64,000 nucleotides of DNA, from positions 5,389 to 69,388 of the forward strand of contig CBFDCV010000001.1 in the NCBI GenBank assembly GCA_965603395.1, read 5' to 3'. Each line of letters opens with the position of its first letter. Position 1 is the stretch's first letter. This DNA is from an uncultured candidate division WWE3 bacterium. GTDB lineage: Bacteria > Patescibacteriota > WWE3 > UBA101185 > UBA10185. The notes under the pieces were generated by a model, which was not told the DNA's origin, ran no database searches, and worked only from the letters and a program-made list of their open reading frames with translations. Made by a program: the position numbers and the translations under genes. Positions 27,478-36,236 of the stretch are shown piece after piece.

Positions 27478-29392
27478 GCTCTAGGTTATCAAGAAAATCG
27501 TCCACGTTTTGGTTGCTCTTATAGGGATCTGTATAGTAACCCACATTTTCTATTAATTCTTGTGGGATCTCTAGTAAAAACCGGCTGGGAAGATTGCTTT
27601 GGCGGGTACCAAAGTACATTCGATTATAGGCTCTGGTTAGATACACCTGTTTCTTTGCCCTAGTTAGAGCCACATAACAAAGTCTTCTTTCTTCCTCCAT
27701 CTCGTCTTTCTCCATGATAGAATTGGCGTGCGGAAATAAACCCTCTTCCATACCAACCACAAAAACCACGGGAAATTCCAAACCCTTGGAAGCGTGAACA
27801 GTCATCAACGTAACCGATTCATAAATATCAGGGTTTGCTTTGTTTGAGCTTTCTATCAGCGCTACGTTTTCCAGAAAATCTTCTAAGTTGACAAACTGCT
27901 GAGCCACGGACCTGAGCTCTTTTATGTTTTCTATCCTGAACTTTCCTTCATCCGAACCATCGTCCAACCATTTTATGTAGCCCGTATCTTCCAGCAACAT
28001 TTCCATAAGCTCTAAGGTTGATTTACTTTCTTTTTCTTGCAACCATTTGGTAACAGGTAGTCCTGACTTTTGTTCTATGCTACCAATGTCCCAATTAGTT
28101 TCCTTTAAAATCTCCACACTTTTTTGCCCGATTTTTCTTGGTGGCACATTAATGATCCTCTCCCACGATATGCTGTCCTTAGGATTGTGAATCACTCTCA
28201 AATACGCAATTACGTCTTTTATTTCTTTCCTTGAATAAAATCTTAGGCCGCCCACAATTTTGTAAGGTATGTTGTTTTTAATAAAGTGTTCTTCCAAGTT
28301 TCTTGATTGAGCGTTTGTTCTGTAAAGTACAGCTATTTCTTTGTAAGCCACGTCTTCTTGACGTTTTTGCAATACTTTTTCAGCTACAAACTGTGCCTCT
28401 TCAAATTCTGATAATCCGGTAAAGTTGGTAATTTTTTCTCCTCCCTCTTGGTCCGTCCAAAGATCTAAAGGTATGTATGTTGAGTTGTTTTTTATGACGT
28501 TTTTAGCTGCATCTAAAATGTTTTGTGTGGATCGGTAATTTCTTTCCAGGTTATAAACTTTCACATCAGAGTAGTCATTTTGGAAGTGTAGTATGTTTCT
28601 GTAATCAGCCCCTCTAAACCCATAAATAGCCTGTGACATATCTCCCACTACATATAGATTTTTATGTTTTTGGGCCAAAAGTTTTGTTAGAACGTATTGT
28701 GCACGATTAGTATCCTGGTATTCATCAACCAGTAAATATTTAAACTGGTCTTGAAATTTTTCCAACACTCGCGGTTCCTTTCTAAAAAGGTTTACAGTTT
28801 CGAACAATAAATCATCAAAGTCCAAAGCATTGTTTTCTCTTATACGTTTTTGGTACTCGCGGTAGATCTTGGCTACACTTCTTTGAAAGTACCCTTGTAC
28901 AAATGTTTCGTAAGTTTCTGCATCGATTAGCTCTGATTTTGCACTAGAAATCATAGCGTGCACGGCACGTGGTTTGATCTTTTTGATATCCATACCAAAA
29001 TCTTTAATTATTTGTTTGGTGAGAGAAATGGAGTCGTCCTGATCGTAAATTACATAAGAAATGGGAATTCCTAGATAAAAACCGTGTTTTCTTAGGATAC
29101 GGGCACAAATGGAGTGAAAAGTACCGCTCCAAGCCAGTTTTTGGTCTTTACCTAACAGTTTGTGCACACGTCCTTGTACTTCCTTGGCCGCTTTATTAGT
29201 AAAGGTTACACACAAAATTTCTTCTTGGCCTATGCCGTGTTCTGTTATTAAGTAAGCAACCCTGTGTGTCAAAACCCTAGTCTTACCGCTTCCCGGCCCC
29301 GCCACTACTAAAGCGGGCCCATCTAAATGCTTAACGGCCTCTATTTGCTGAGAATTTAAGTCTTTGAGAATCTTTGGGTTTTGTTCTGGCAC
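27449..29392 (-). CDS. pcrA: UvrD/PcrA-family ATP-dependent DNA helicase
   Basis: Walker A 'AGPGSGKTRVL', 'LVDEYQDTN', 'GDMSQAIYGFRGA', 'VTLMTVHASKGLEF'. 647 aa with no nuclease domain. Confidence 0.85.
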   Translation of the reverse strand: MPEQNPKILKDLNSQQIEAVKHLDGPALVVAGPGSGKTRVLTHRVAYLITEHGIGQEEILCVTFTNKAAKEVQGRVHKLLGKDQKLAWSGTFHSICARILRKHGFYLGIPISYVIYDQDDSISLTKQIIKDFGMDIKKIKPRAVHAMISSAKSELIDAETYETFVQGYFQRSVAKIYREYQKRIRENNALDFDDLLFETVNLFRKEPRVLEKFQDQFKYLLVDEYQDTNRAQYVLTKLLAQKHKNLYVVGDMSQAIYGFRGADYRNILHFQNDYSDVKVYNLERNYRSTQNILDAAKNVIKNNSTYIPLDLWTDQEGGEKITNFTGLSEFEEAQFVAEKVLQKRQEDVAYKEIAVLYRTNAQSRNLEEHFIKNNIPYKIVGGLRFYSRKEIKDVIAYLRVIHNPKDSISWERIINVPPRKIGQKSVEILKETNWDIGSIEQKSGLPVTKWLQEKESKSTLELMEMLLEDTGYIKWLDDGSDEGKFRIENIKELRSVAQQFVNLEDFLENVALIESSNKANPDIYESVTLMTVHASKGLEFPVVFVVGMEEGLFPHANSIMEKDEMEEERRLCYVALTRAKKQVYLTRAYNRMYFGTRQSNLPSRFLLEIPQELIENVGYYTDPYKSNQNVDDFLDNLELDRRNFSWE

Positions 29393-29460
29393 AGAAATAT
29401 TTTAGCACGGATAAAAATTATGTTTGATTAGATTGATTTTTTACCTTATTATTTCTGTGT

Positions 29461-29796
29461 ATGAAATTTCTAATCAAGCTTCTCATAGCTACACTGGCTG
29501 TATTTTTAAGTGCTTATTTAATTCCCGGTGTGTCCGTAGATGGTTTTCAAACTGCGTTTATAGTGGCCATTGTCTTAGGCGTACTAAATGTGTTTTTAAA
29601 ACCTCTGCTTGTATTGCTAACTCTTCCGGTTACCTTACTCACCTTGGGACTGTTTTCTTTTGTGATAAACATAGCTCTTATTTACTTGGCTGCTTACATC
29701 GTGCCCGGATTCAACGTAGCTACTATACTGGCCGCACTCCTTTTTGGCTTACTGGTATCACTAATAAGCTCATTTCTTAACTTGCTGGCTAAATAA
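29461..29796 (+). CDS. DUF360 / phage-holin-superfamily-IV-like small membrane protein (YvlD family)
   Basis: 111 aa with 4 TM helices and the pattern '...GVSVDGF..A.I.A.VLG.LN...KPLL..LTLPVTLLTLGLFSFVINIAL'. Confidence 0.45.
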   Translation: MKFLIKLLIATLAVFLSAYLIPGVSVDGFQTAFIVAIVLGVLNVFLKPLLVLLTLPVTLLTLGLFSFVINIALIYLAAYIVPGFNVATILAALLFGLLVSLISSFLNLLAK

Positions 29797-29863
29797 AAGC
29801 GGTTAGGTTTGTCTGGTGTGGTAATATATCTTTTGTAGCAATTTCCTCGGAGATTTTAAAGAT

Positions 29864-30130
29864 ATGCTAACTCTAATAGATTTTTATGCGGACTGGTGCG
29901 GTCCCTGCAAAATTATGGAACCCATATTTACCGACATAAAAAAAGATTATGAAGGTAAAGTCACTTTTAAAAAAGTGGATGTAGAGGCAAACTCTGCTGA
30001 AGCCGGCAAGTACAGTGTCATGGGTATTCCTACTTTCGTTTTATTAAAAGGTGAAGAAGAAGTATCCAGAAAAGTCGGTGCTGTGCCAAAAGACATTTTA
30101 ACAAATTGGCTTGATTCTAACCTTAAATAA
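29864..30130 (+). CDS. trxA: Thioredoxin (short, 88 aa)
   Basis: 'WCGPCK' active site and thioredoxin-fold sequence. There is no in-frame upstream start, so it is genuinely N-terminally short. Confidence 0.85.
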   Translation: MLTLIDFYADWCGPCKIMEPIFTDIKKDYEGKVTFKKVDVEANSAEAGKYSVMGIPTFVLLKGEEEVSRKVGAVPKDILTNWLDSNLK

Positions 30131-30157
30131 TTTCTTAAAAAAGTATACAATTAGATC

Positions 30158-31168
30158 ATGTCTATAAAAATTGCTATAAATGGGTTTGGCCGAATTGGCC
30201 GTGCAGCTTATAAAATTGTGCAGGACCGCGACGATTTTGAAGTCGTTGCTGTCAATGATCTCACTAACCCTCAAACACTCCTCCATCTCTTAAAATATGA
30301 TACTGCCTATGGTAAATATGAAAGGACATGCAGTATAGAGGAAGGGTTTTTGGTAACAGATGGAAAAAAATCTAAGTTTTTAAATCAAAAGGTGCCTGCT
30401 GAACTTCCCTGGTCCGAACTTGGCATTGACGTGGTTTTGGAATGCACCGGATTTTTCGTGAAAGATGGAGCTTCTAAAGCGCACCTGGAAGCCGGAGCCA
30501 AAAGTGTAGTAGTTTCTGCTCCCACCAAGGGTAGCGATGATATAAAAATATATTTAAAAGGGGTCAACGAAGACGCTTACCAGGGCGATAATGTAATTTC
30601 CAACGCCTCTTGTACTACCAACTGCATTGCACCCACTATTTCAGTTATTCATAAAGCCTTAGGTGTTAAAAAGGCCGGACTTACCACCATTCATGCTATA
30701 ACCTCAACTCAAAAATTGGTAGATAGCCCCGATAAAGACTTAAGACGCGCCAGAGCCGCCGGCTACAATATGATACCTACTACCACCGGAGCGGCCATAG
30801 CCACTACTAAAGCTATGCCCGATCTAGAAGGCAAATTTGATGGCCTCGCTATTAGAGTTCCTATCTTGGTAGGCTCTCTGTCTGACATCACCATGCTGGT
30901 AGAAAAACCAACCACCGTAGAGGAAATCAACCAGCTATACGTTAACGCCAAAGAGAGCCCTCTCTACAAAGGAATCTTGGAAACAACTACAGAACCTATC
31001 GTTTCAAGTGATGTTGTTAAAACTCCTTACTCTGCCATTGTTGATCTAGGTATGACCAGAGTAATAGATGGTGATCTTGTGAAAGTTCTAGCTTGGTATG
31101 ACAACGAGTGGGGCTACAGCCATAGACTAATCGATATGGCCGCAGTTTTAGCCTCCCAACTGACCTAA
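30158..31168 (+). CDS. gap: Glyceraldehyde-3-phosphate dehydrogenase, type I
   Basis: 'KIAINGFGRIGR' NAD motif, 'ASCTTNCIAP' catalytic Cys, and 'WYDNEWGYS'. Confidence 0.95.
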   Translation: MSIKIAINGFGRIGRAAYKIVQDRDDFEVVAVNDLTNPQTLLHLLKYDTAYGKYERTCSIEEGFLVTDGKKSKFLNQKVPAELPWSELGIDVVLECTGFFVKDGASKAHLEAGAKSVVVSAPTKGSDDIKIYLKGVNEDAYQGDNVISNASCTTNCIAPTISVIHKALGVKKAGLTTIHAITSTQKLVDSPDKDLRRARAAGYNMIPTTTGAAIATTKAMPDLEGKFDGLAIRVPILVGSLSDITMLVEKPTTVEEINQLYVNAKESPLYKGILETTTEPIVSSDVVKTPYSAIVDLGMTRVIDGDLVKVLAWYDNEWGYSHRLIDMAAVLASQLT

Positions 31169-31213
31169 AAACTTCGTCCTAACCTGTGTTAACGTGATAA
31201 AATAGCTCCATCA

Positions 31214-31483
31214 ATGGCTAAAAATCTTAAAGTATCTTTTCCTCAAAAATGCATAGGATGTGAAGTTTGCGTCTTTGAAGCTCAAAGGCAGTTAAAAAAA
31301 GTTGGTTTAGAAGGCTCGCTGATTAGAATTTTTCGAAACAAAAAAGAAGACAAGGAATTTTTGGAGTACTCCATAGACATAGAACCCCGTTTGAATAAAC
31401 TTGATATTGAAGCCATTAAAAATATGTGCCCAACGGAAGTGTTTGAAGTTGTGGAAGAAGAAAACGATGGACTTATCGAGTAA
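31214..31483 (+). CDS. Small 4Fe-4S ferredoxin-like protein
   Basis: 'CIGCEVCV' (CxxCxxC) plus a distal 'CP' in 89 aa. It overlaps the start of the next gene by 17 nt. Confidence 0.5.
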   Translation: MAKNLKVSFPQKCIGCEVCVFEAQRQLKKVGLEGSLIRIFRNKKEDKEFLEYSIDIEPRLNKLDIEAIKNMCPTEVFEVVEEENDGLIE

Positions 31484-32309
31484 AAAAATACTTTTCATCA
31501 ACCTGGGTGAAAAAACTTCGGAAGTTAAAACATTTCCTGATCTACATAAATACATTGGTGGCGTTGCGCTGGGCCTAAGACTATACGAACTGCATAAGGA
31601 TCAGGATCCCGTAATCTTTTCCGTTGGTCCCCTAAATGGTATGTTTCCATACGTCTCAAAAACTTCCGTTGTATTCAACCTGGAGGGCGTCATGGAAGAT
31701 ATTTATTTTGGTGGTTACTTATCCACTAGAATAAAGTTCGCCGATATTGACTCCATAGTAATCTACGGAAAATCCGCTGAGCCTGTGATATTAGATCTTC
31801 ACAACGATTCTGTTTCTTTCAAGTCCGCTGATACAGTTGCGGGATCCCTGGGTCTTCCCGGAAAAAGAAGTTTCTTATCATATCAAGAAAAAGCTATGGT
31901 TTTAGATGACTATTTTACAGTACCTGATAACTTATTGAATAAAAAATTTGATAAAAATGGTTTAGCCGGTTTAACTGTTACAGGAACATGTACTTTTACA
32001 CCGAAGGATCTGGACAAATATGAATCTCTCTACAAAGAATTGGTGGGTAAAACTTTAGATATTAGAGTTGAGAAAGGGTTTTTCCCGTCTTGCTCCGGCT
32101 GCCCTATGGGCTGTGCAAAGTCCAATGTGGGTGAAATTGGGGGAAATGTACTAGCACATAGCATGGTAGCATGTGAATTTGCCGAAGATATTTATACAGA
32201 TGTGGGAACAGTCTTTTCGTGCTTAAATATATTAGGGTATGATTATACGCACGAAGATATTGAAAATCTTCCCGTACTTGTTCAAAATACTCTAAAAAGC
32301 TTGAGCTAA
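31467..32309 (+). CDS. Aldehyde:ferredoxin oxidoreductase (AOR/GAPOR) family protein, truncated. It has the N-domain plus the CxxCxxxC Fe-S motif but lacks the tungstopterin-binding domains.
   Basis: Pattern matches the AOR N-domain: 'ILFINLGE...YIGGVALGLRLY...DPVIFSVGPLNGMFPYVSKTSVV...GGYLSTRIKFADIDSIVIYGKSAEPV'. It then has 'CSGCPMGC' (the AOR CxxCPxGC cluster ligands) and 'SCLNILGYDY'. Only about 281 aa, against about 600 for AORs. Confidence 0.5.
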   Translation: MDLSSKKILFINLGEKTSEVKTFPDLHKYIGGVALGLRLYELHKDQDPVIFSVGPLNGMFPYVSKTSVVFNLEGVMEDIYFGGYLSTRIKFADIDSIVIYGKSAEPVILDLHNDSVSFKSADTVAGSLGLPGKRSFLSYQEKAMVLDDYFTVPDNLLNKKFDKNGLAGLTVTGTCTFTPKDLDKYESLYKELVGKTLDIRVEKGFFPSCSGCPMGCAKSNVGEIGGNVLAHSMVACEFAEDIYTDVGTVFSCLNILGYDYTHEDIENLPVLVQNTLKSLS

Positions 32310-32310
32310 C

Positions 32311-32967
32311 ATGAAATATATTATTGCTAATTGGAAAATGAATATGAATCTGCACGAGATTGAGAAGTGGCTATCCCAATTTACCTCTTTGCTAGAAGGA
32401 AAAAGCTTTAAAAACAAAGTCGTGTTGGCTGCTTCTTTCCCCCACCTTAAGTATGTGTCTGATTTCTGCTCCTTACACAACATAACTTGCTCTGCTCAAG
32501 ACATATCTTTTTACGAAAAGGGGGCACATACCGGGGATGTTGGCGCCTTTCAACTTAGAGAAATATGCCAGTTTAGTATTGTCGGCCACAGCGAAAGAGA
32601 GGAATCAAAAAACATGGTTAAGGAAAAACGCGGTGCTTGTATCAACCACAATATTACACCTATTGTATGCTTTACAAAAATAGAAGAATGGTCACAAAAC
32701 ATTGTAAAGGGAGCATTACTTGCCTGGGAAGATCCTGAAAACATTTCCAAAGGAGGTGTGTACAAAGAAAAGAATCCTTCTGATATTGAACAGTCTTATG
32801 ACTATTTTATGCAGCAGTCGCCCCAAACACCAGTGATTTATGGGGGATCTGTGCATAGGCGAAATGCACCTCATTTAGCTAAAATCCCTAATGTGGGCGG
32901 TGTTTTGATTGGAAATGCAAGCCTAGACCCCCAACATTTCATGGATATAATTTCTGCCTTTGAGTAA
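32311..32967 (+). CDS. tpiA: Triosephosphate isomerase (compact, 218 aa)
   Basis: 'IIANWKMN', 'VGHSERE', 'VIYGGSV' are TIM signatures. Confidence 0.8.
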   Translation: MKYIIANWKMNMNLHEIEKWLSQFTSLLEGKSFKNKVVLAASFPHLKYVSDFCSLHNITCSAQDISFYEKGAHTGDVGAFQLREICQFSIVGHSEREESKNMVKEKRGACINHNITPIVCFTKIEEWSQNIVKGALLAWEDPENISKGGVYKEKNPSDIEQSYDYFMQQSPQTPVIYGGSVHRRNAPHLAKIPNVGGVLIGNASLDPQHFMDIISAFE

Positions 32968-34044
32968 ATGACCTACATTGACGTTAAGATAAAAAAGAAA
33001 AAAGAAAAGAAGAAAAATCTATTGTGGTTAAAGATGTTGATAGCATTTTTGTTTCTCGGTTTGTTGATTGGCGGTGGTGTGGTTTTGGCAAAAAAGGGTG
33101 CTAAGTGGTTTGACCCAATCTCAATTGTTGCCACTGTCTCTGCATCTAATTTAAAAGAAACTGATGGAAGAACCAACGTACTCATCTTGGGATCTGATAG
33201 AAGAGCTGCCGGTACTGTTGAATCTGAGCTTACCGACACTCTTCTTCTTATGTCCATCGGCAGAGTGGAGCATGACGTGGTATTAATCTCTCTTCCTAGA
33301 GATCTTTGGGTGGAAGATCCACGTGGTGCAAAATCAAAAATAAATGCTGTTTACACACTCAATAAAGAAGATGGTACCGACACTATTACCGGTGGTGATG
33401 CCTTGATGAATGTGGCTAAAGAGGTATTAGGTGTTTCTATCCACTATTATTCAGTTATAAATTTTGAACTTTTCAGAGAGATTATTGATATTTTAGGTGG
33501 TATAGATGTTGAAGTGGAAAGATCCTTCATAGATCACTACTATCCTGTGGAAGGTAAGGAAAATGCTCCCGAGAACGAGAGGTATGAAACTGTAGCTTTT
33601 GACAAGGGCGTACAAACCATGAACGGGGAACGTGCATTAAAATATGTCCGGTCCAGAAAAGGCACCAATGGAGAAAACACCGACTTTGCCCGCTCCGAAA
33701 GACAACAGAGAGTTATTTCTGCCATAAAAAGCAAAGCTCTTTCGCTTGAAACTCTTGTCAATCCCATAAAAATAAAAGAGCTATACGAAATTTATTCCAC
33801 CCAAATTGACACTAACATCAACTTTAGTGATGTACAAAGTTTTTATCTTCTTTCTCAACAAATTGATTTTGACAGAGTTACATCCATTGTTTTAGACGAC
33901 AGAAGCGCAGCGGATGAAGGTGGTTTGTTATATGCTCCCTCTGAAACAGAGTTGTACGGTGGTGCTTACGTCTTAATACCCAAGGTTGGTGATTTCTCAC
34001 AACTACATGCCTATGTACAAAGATATTTATTTGGCCAAAAATGA
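32968..34044 (+). CDS. LytR-CpsA-Psr (LCP) family cell-wall polymer phosphotransferase
   Basis: Lys-rich N-terminus and TM, then 'NVLILGSDRR...DTLLLMSI' and 'YYSVINFELFREIIDILGGIDVEV' (the LCP core). Confidence 0.75.
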   Translation: MTYIDVKIKKKKEKKKNLLWLKMLIAFLFLGLLIGGGVVLAKKGAKWFDPISIVATVSASNLKETDGRTNVLILGSDRRAAGTVESELTDTLLLMSIGRVEHDVVLISLPRDLWVEDPRGAKSKINAVYTLNKEDGTDTITGGDALMNVAKEVLGVSIHYYSVINFELFREIIDILGGIDVEVERSFIDHYYPVEGKENAPENERYETVAFDKGVQTMNGERALKYVRSRKGTNGENTDFARSERQQRVISAIKSKALSLETLVNPIKIKELYEIYSTQIDTNINFSDVQSFYLLSQQIDFDRVTSIVLDDRSAADEGGLLYAPSETELYGGAYVLIPKVGDFSQLHAYVQRYLFGQK

Positions 34045-34742
34045 TTTATTTAGTCCACGGTGATGATTATGCAAAATCCAGAATACTAGTTATTAACCAG
34101 CAAAAAAAACTAGCCATGGGATTAAAAGTTGAAAGGGACGTAGCAGACTTTTCTCCCAGAGAACTTTACGAAACCGCTTGTTCTTTTGACATTTTTGGTA
34201 ATCCCCCTTTCATTGTTCTCAATATACCTAACACTAAAGTGGCTGAGTCTGAAGAGTATATAAAAGTAATTAAAAAAATTCCTCATGAAACAGTTTTAAT
34301 AATTTTATGTCAAAGAGAGCTGGGCCGTACCAACGCCTTTTACAAAAGCGCACCTAAGATCAAGGCTAAAGTTGCCCTAAATAACAAAGCTCAGACATCA
34401 AATATCTTTAAATTTGTTGATAGCGTATTTTTTCAGAATAAAAATTCCTCTTATGAAGAATTAGAAAAACTGACCGATGAAGGTAACGATGCTTTCTATA
34501 TACTTTCCATGCTGCTTTACGGCCTCAGAAACATAACTCATGCCAAGTTTAGTACAGTAGAGTTTGCCAAAAAAAGCAGTTTTGTGAGAGAAAAAGCTCT
34601 TATACAAGCTGAAAACTTTTCTCAACAAAACATTAGGGAGTTGTTCGATTTTATGTACGATGTGGACAAGAAACTTAAAACAGGCCTTATAAATCAGGAA
34701 ATCGCTTTAGTGTACACTATAGAGAAAATACTAAGTATTTAA
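34041..34742 (+). CDS. holA: DNA polymerase III delta subunit-like (HolA-like), compact
   Basis: 'IYLVHGDD', '...IFGNPPFIVLNIP', and the helical C-terminal domain pattern of the clamp-loader delta subunit. Weak, pattern-level only. Confidence 0.4.
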   Translation: MIYLVHGDDYAKSRILVINQQKKLAMGLKVERDVADFSPRELYETACSFDIFGNPPFIVLNIPNTKVAESEEYIKVIKKIPHETVLIILCQRELGRTNAFYKSAPKIKAKVALNNKAQTSNIFKFVDSVFFQNKNSSYEELEKLTDEGNDAFYILSMLLYGLRNITHAKFSTVEFAKKSSFVREKALIQAENFSQQNIRELFDFMYDVDKKLKTGLINQEIALVYTIEKILSI

Positions 34743-34747
34743 AACTT

Positions 34748-35506
34748 ATGGAAAAAAAGGTTTACATAAAAGATGAAAGTTTCGATCCTATTTACAATGA
34801 GGTCAGTAAGGGCTTTTACGCTAAGACCAGGATGTTGCCTTCCTTGCTTTTCTTTTCCGGTATGTTCGTATTTGCTACCCAAGTTTTACTTCCAATATTA
34901 GTTTTTAAAACCCACGATGAATCCATTGAACTATTAGACAATAGTACTGTGTTGGGAAGAGCTGCCGGCTTTTATAACTTTCAGTTTGATGAGCTGGAAG
35001 AGCTTAGTCAAAAGGAAAATGTTTTTGAGAACACACAAGTATTAGGAACTTCAAATGAAAATGGTGCTACAAATGTACCCGATTATTTTTATCTCTCCAT
35101 ACCAAAATTAAAAATAAAGGATGCTTTAGTAGAAACTAACTCTGAGAGTTTAAATCCTTCTTCTGCCCTTGGTCACTATCCGGGAACCTCTCTTCCGGGA
35201 GAAAACGGAAATGCCTTCATCTACGGACACTCTGTTCTCCCCTGGTTTTTTAACACCAATAACTATAAAACACTCTTCTCTACCTTGGGAAAGCTTGAGC
35301 CCGGTGATGAGTTCTACATCACATATAACAACAGATCGTATACCTACGTGGTAGAAACAACAGAGGAGCTCTCCCCTTCAGAAGTTAAGCCCTTAGATGA
35401 GATAAAACCAAAATATCTGAATGAGTCCACTGTTGTTCTCATGACTTGCTCACCTCCGGGAACAAAGCTCAAAAGGTTACTTATAAATGGGATATTGGTG
35501 GATTAA
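34748..35506 (+). CDS. Sortase (transpeptidase), membrane-anchored
   Basis: N-terminal TM, catalytic His 'FIYGHSV', catalytic Cys 'VVLMTCSPPG' (TLxTC-like) and a downstream R. Confidence 0.7.
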   Translation: MEKKVYIKDESFDPIYNEVSKGFYAKTRMLPSLLFFSGMFVFATQVLLPILVFKTHDESIELLDNSTVLGRAAGFYNFQFDELEELSQKENVFENTQVLGTSNENGATNVPDYFYLSIPKLKIKDALVETNSESLNPSSALGHYPGTSLPGENGNAFIYGHSVLPWFFNTNNYKTLFSTLGKLEPGDEFYITYNNRSYTYVVETTEELSPSEVKPLDEIKPKYLNESTVVLMTCSPPGTKLKRLLINGILVD

Positions 35507-36057
35507 TCAAGATCGTCCAAAACGTCTTTTTCGAAGTTGTATAAAGCAATATTTCTTGGTCCTATAAACATTACGTATGCCGCAAACCCCAGTATTACCA
35601 AGGTAAGAACTATGCCCATCGTCGGCCCTGAAATTCCTGTATCGGGAACTGTTGATTGCGCTGTTTCTGTGGCATCGCTTGTGCTTTCTGTAGCTACCAT
35701 GGTAGCGGTGTCTGCTGTGTCCGAACCTGCTAGTACCTGTCTTTGAGGTATATTATCCATTTTTTGATTTGCCAATTCTTCAAACACACTGGCTTTCTCT
35801 TCCTCAACGCCCTCACTTACATCCACCGGTATTTCCTCCGCTCTAACATCAGCTTCCCCCAAAGTGGCTGTTTCTAAATCCTCGTCTAGGGAAACAGGCG
35901 CTTTGAGGCTGCTGCTGATTTCGTTTTTTTCAACATATGAGGTTTCTTCCTGTTCATTATTTATAATGTAATATATAGCACTAAAAACAATTAGCGATAT
36001 CGCTAACGTTAGTATGAAAGTTTTAAATCCTTTTGTTGCTTGAGTTTTAGAATTCAT
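35503..36057 (-). CDS. Acidic surface protein with an N-terminal signal/anchor and a C-terminal 'VPDTG'+TM sorting-signal-like segment (candidate sortase substrate)
   Basis: '...STVPDTGISGPTMGIVLTLVILGFAAYVMFIGPRN...' is a pentapeptide followed by a hydrophobic helix. The gene is convergent with, and overlaps, the sortase gene. Confidence 0.35.
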   Translation of the reverse strand: MNSKTQATKGFKTFILTLAISLIVFSAIYYIINNEQEETSYVEKNEISSSLKAPVSLDEDLETATLGEADVRAEEIPVDVSEGVEEEKASVFEELANQKMDNIPQRQVLAGSDTADTATMVATESTSDATETAQSTVPDTGISGPTMGIVLTLVILGFAAYVMFIGPRNIALYNFEKDVLDDLD

Positions 36058-36235
36058 AGGCAGGCTTAAATTCCTGTTTTAGAAATTCAAGATCCAAATC
36101 TTCCCCGGACATTATCGCTTTTTCTAAAAATTGATAACTTACGTACCTCTCCTCCGAAAATGTCCTCGCACCAGCTCCTATCCATAATATAACAATTAAC
36201 AATAAAATTAACAATATAATAATAATTTTTCTCAT
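36047..36235 (-). CDS. Small bitopic membrane protein
   Basis: 62 aa with one N-terminal TM helix. It lies in an operon with the neighbouring membrane-protein genes. Confidence 0.25.
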   Translation of the reverse strand: MRKIIIILLILLLIVILWIGAGARTFSEERYVSYQFLEKAIMSGEDLDLEFLKQEFKPAYEF

Positions 36236-36236
36236 A

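Noticed and set aside
29424-29780. 118-aa Cys-rich ORF overlapping the DUF360 membrane protein in another frame
   Set aside because: It shares the same strand and region as a better-supported membrane-protein ORF. Its composition is atypical and it has no SD.
32980-33010. A/G-rich purine tract (AAGATAAAAAAGAAAAAAGAAAAGAAGAAAAATC) as a possible slippage or phase-variation site
   Set aside because: It encodes a Lys-rich N-terminal cytoplasmic tail typical of LCP proteins. It is not a pure homopolymer and the downstream Met (MLIAF) gives an equally valid start. No evidence of phase variation.
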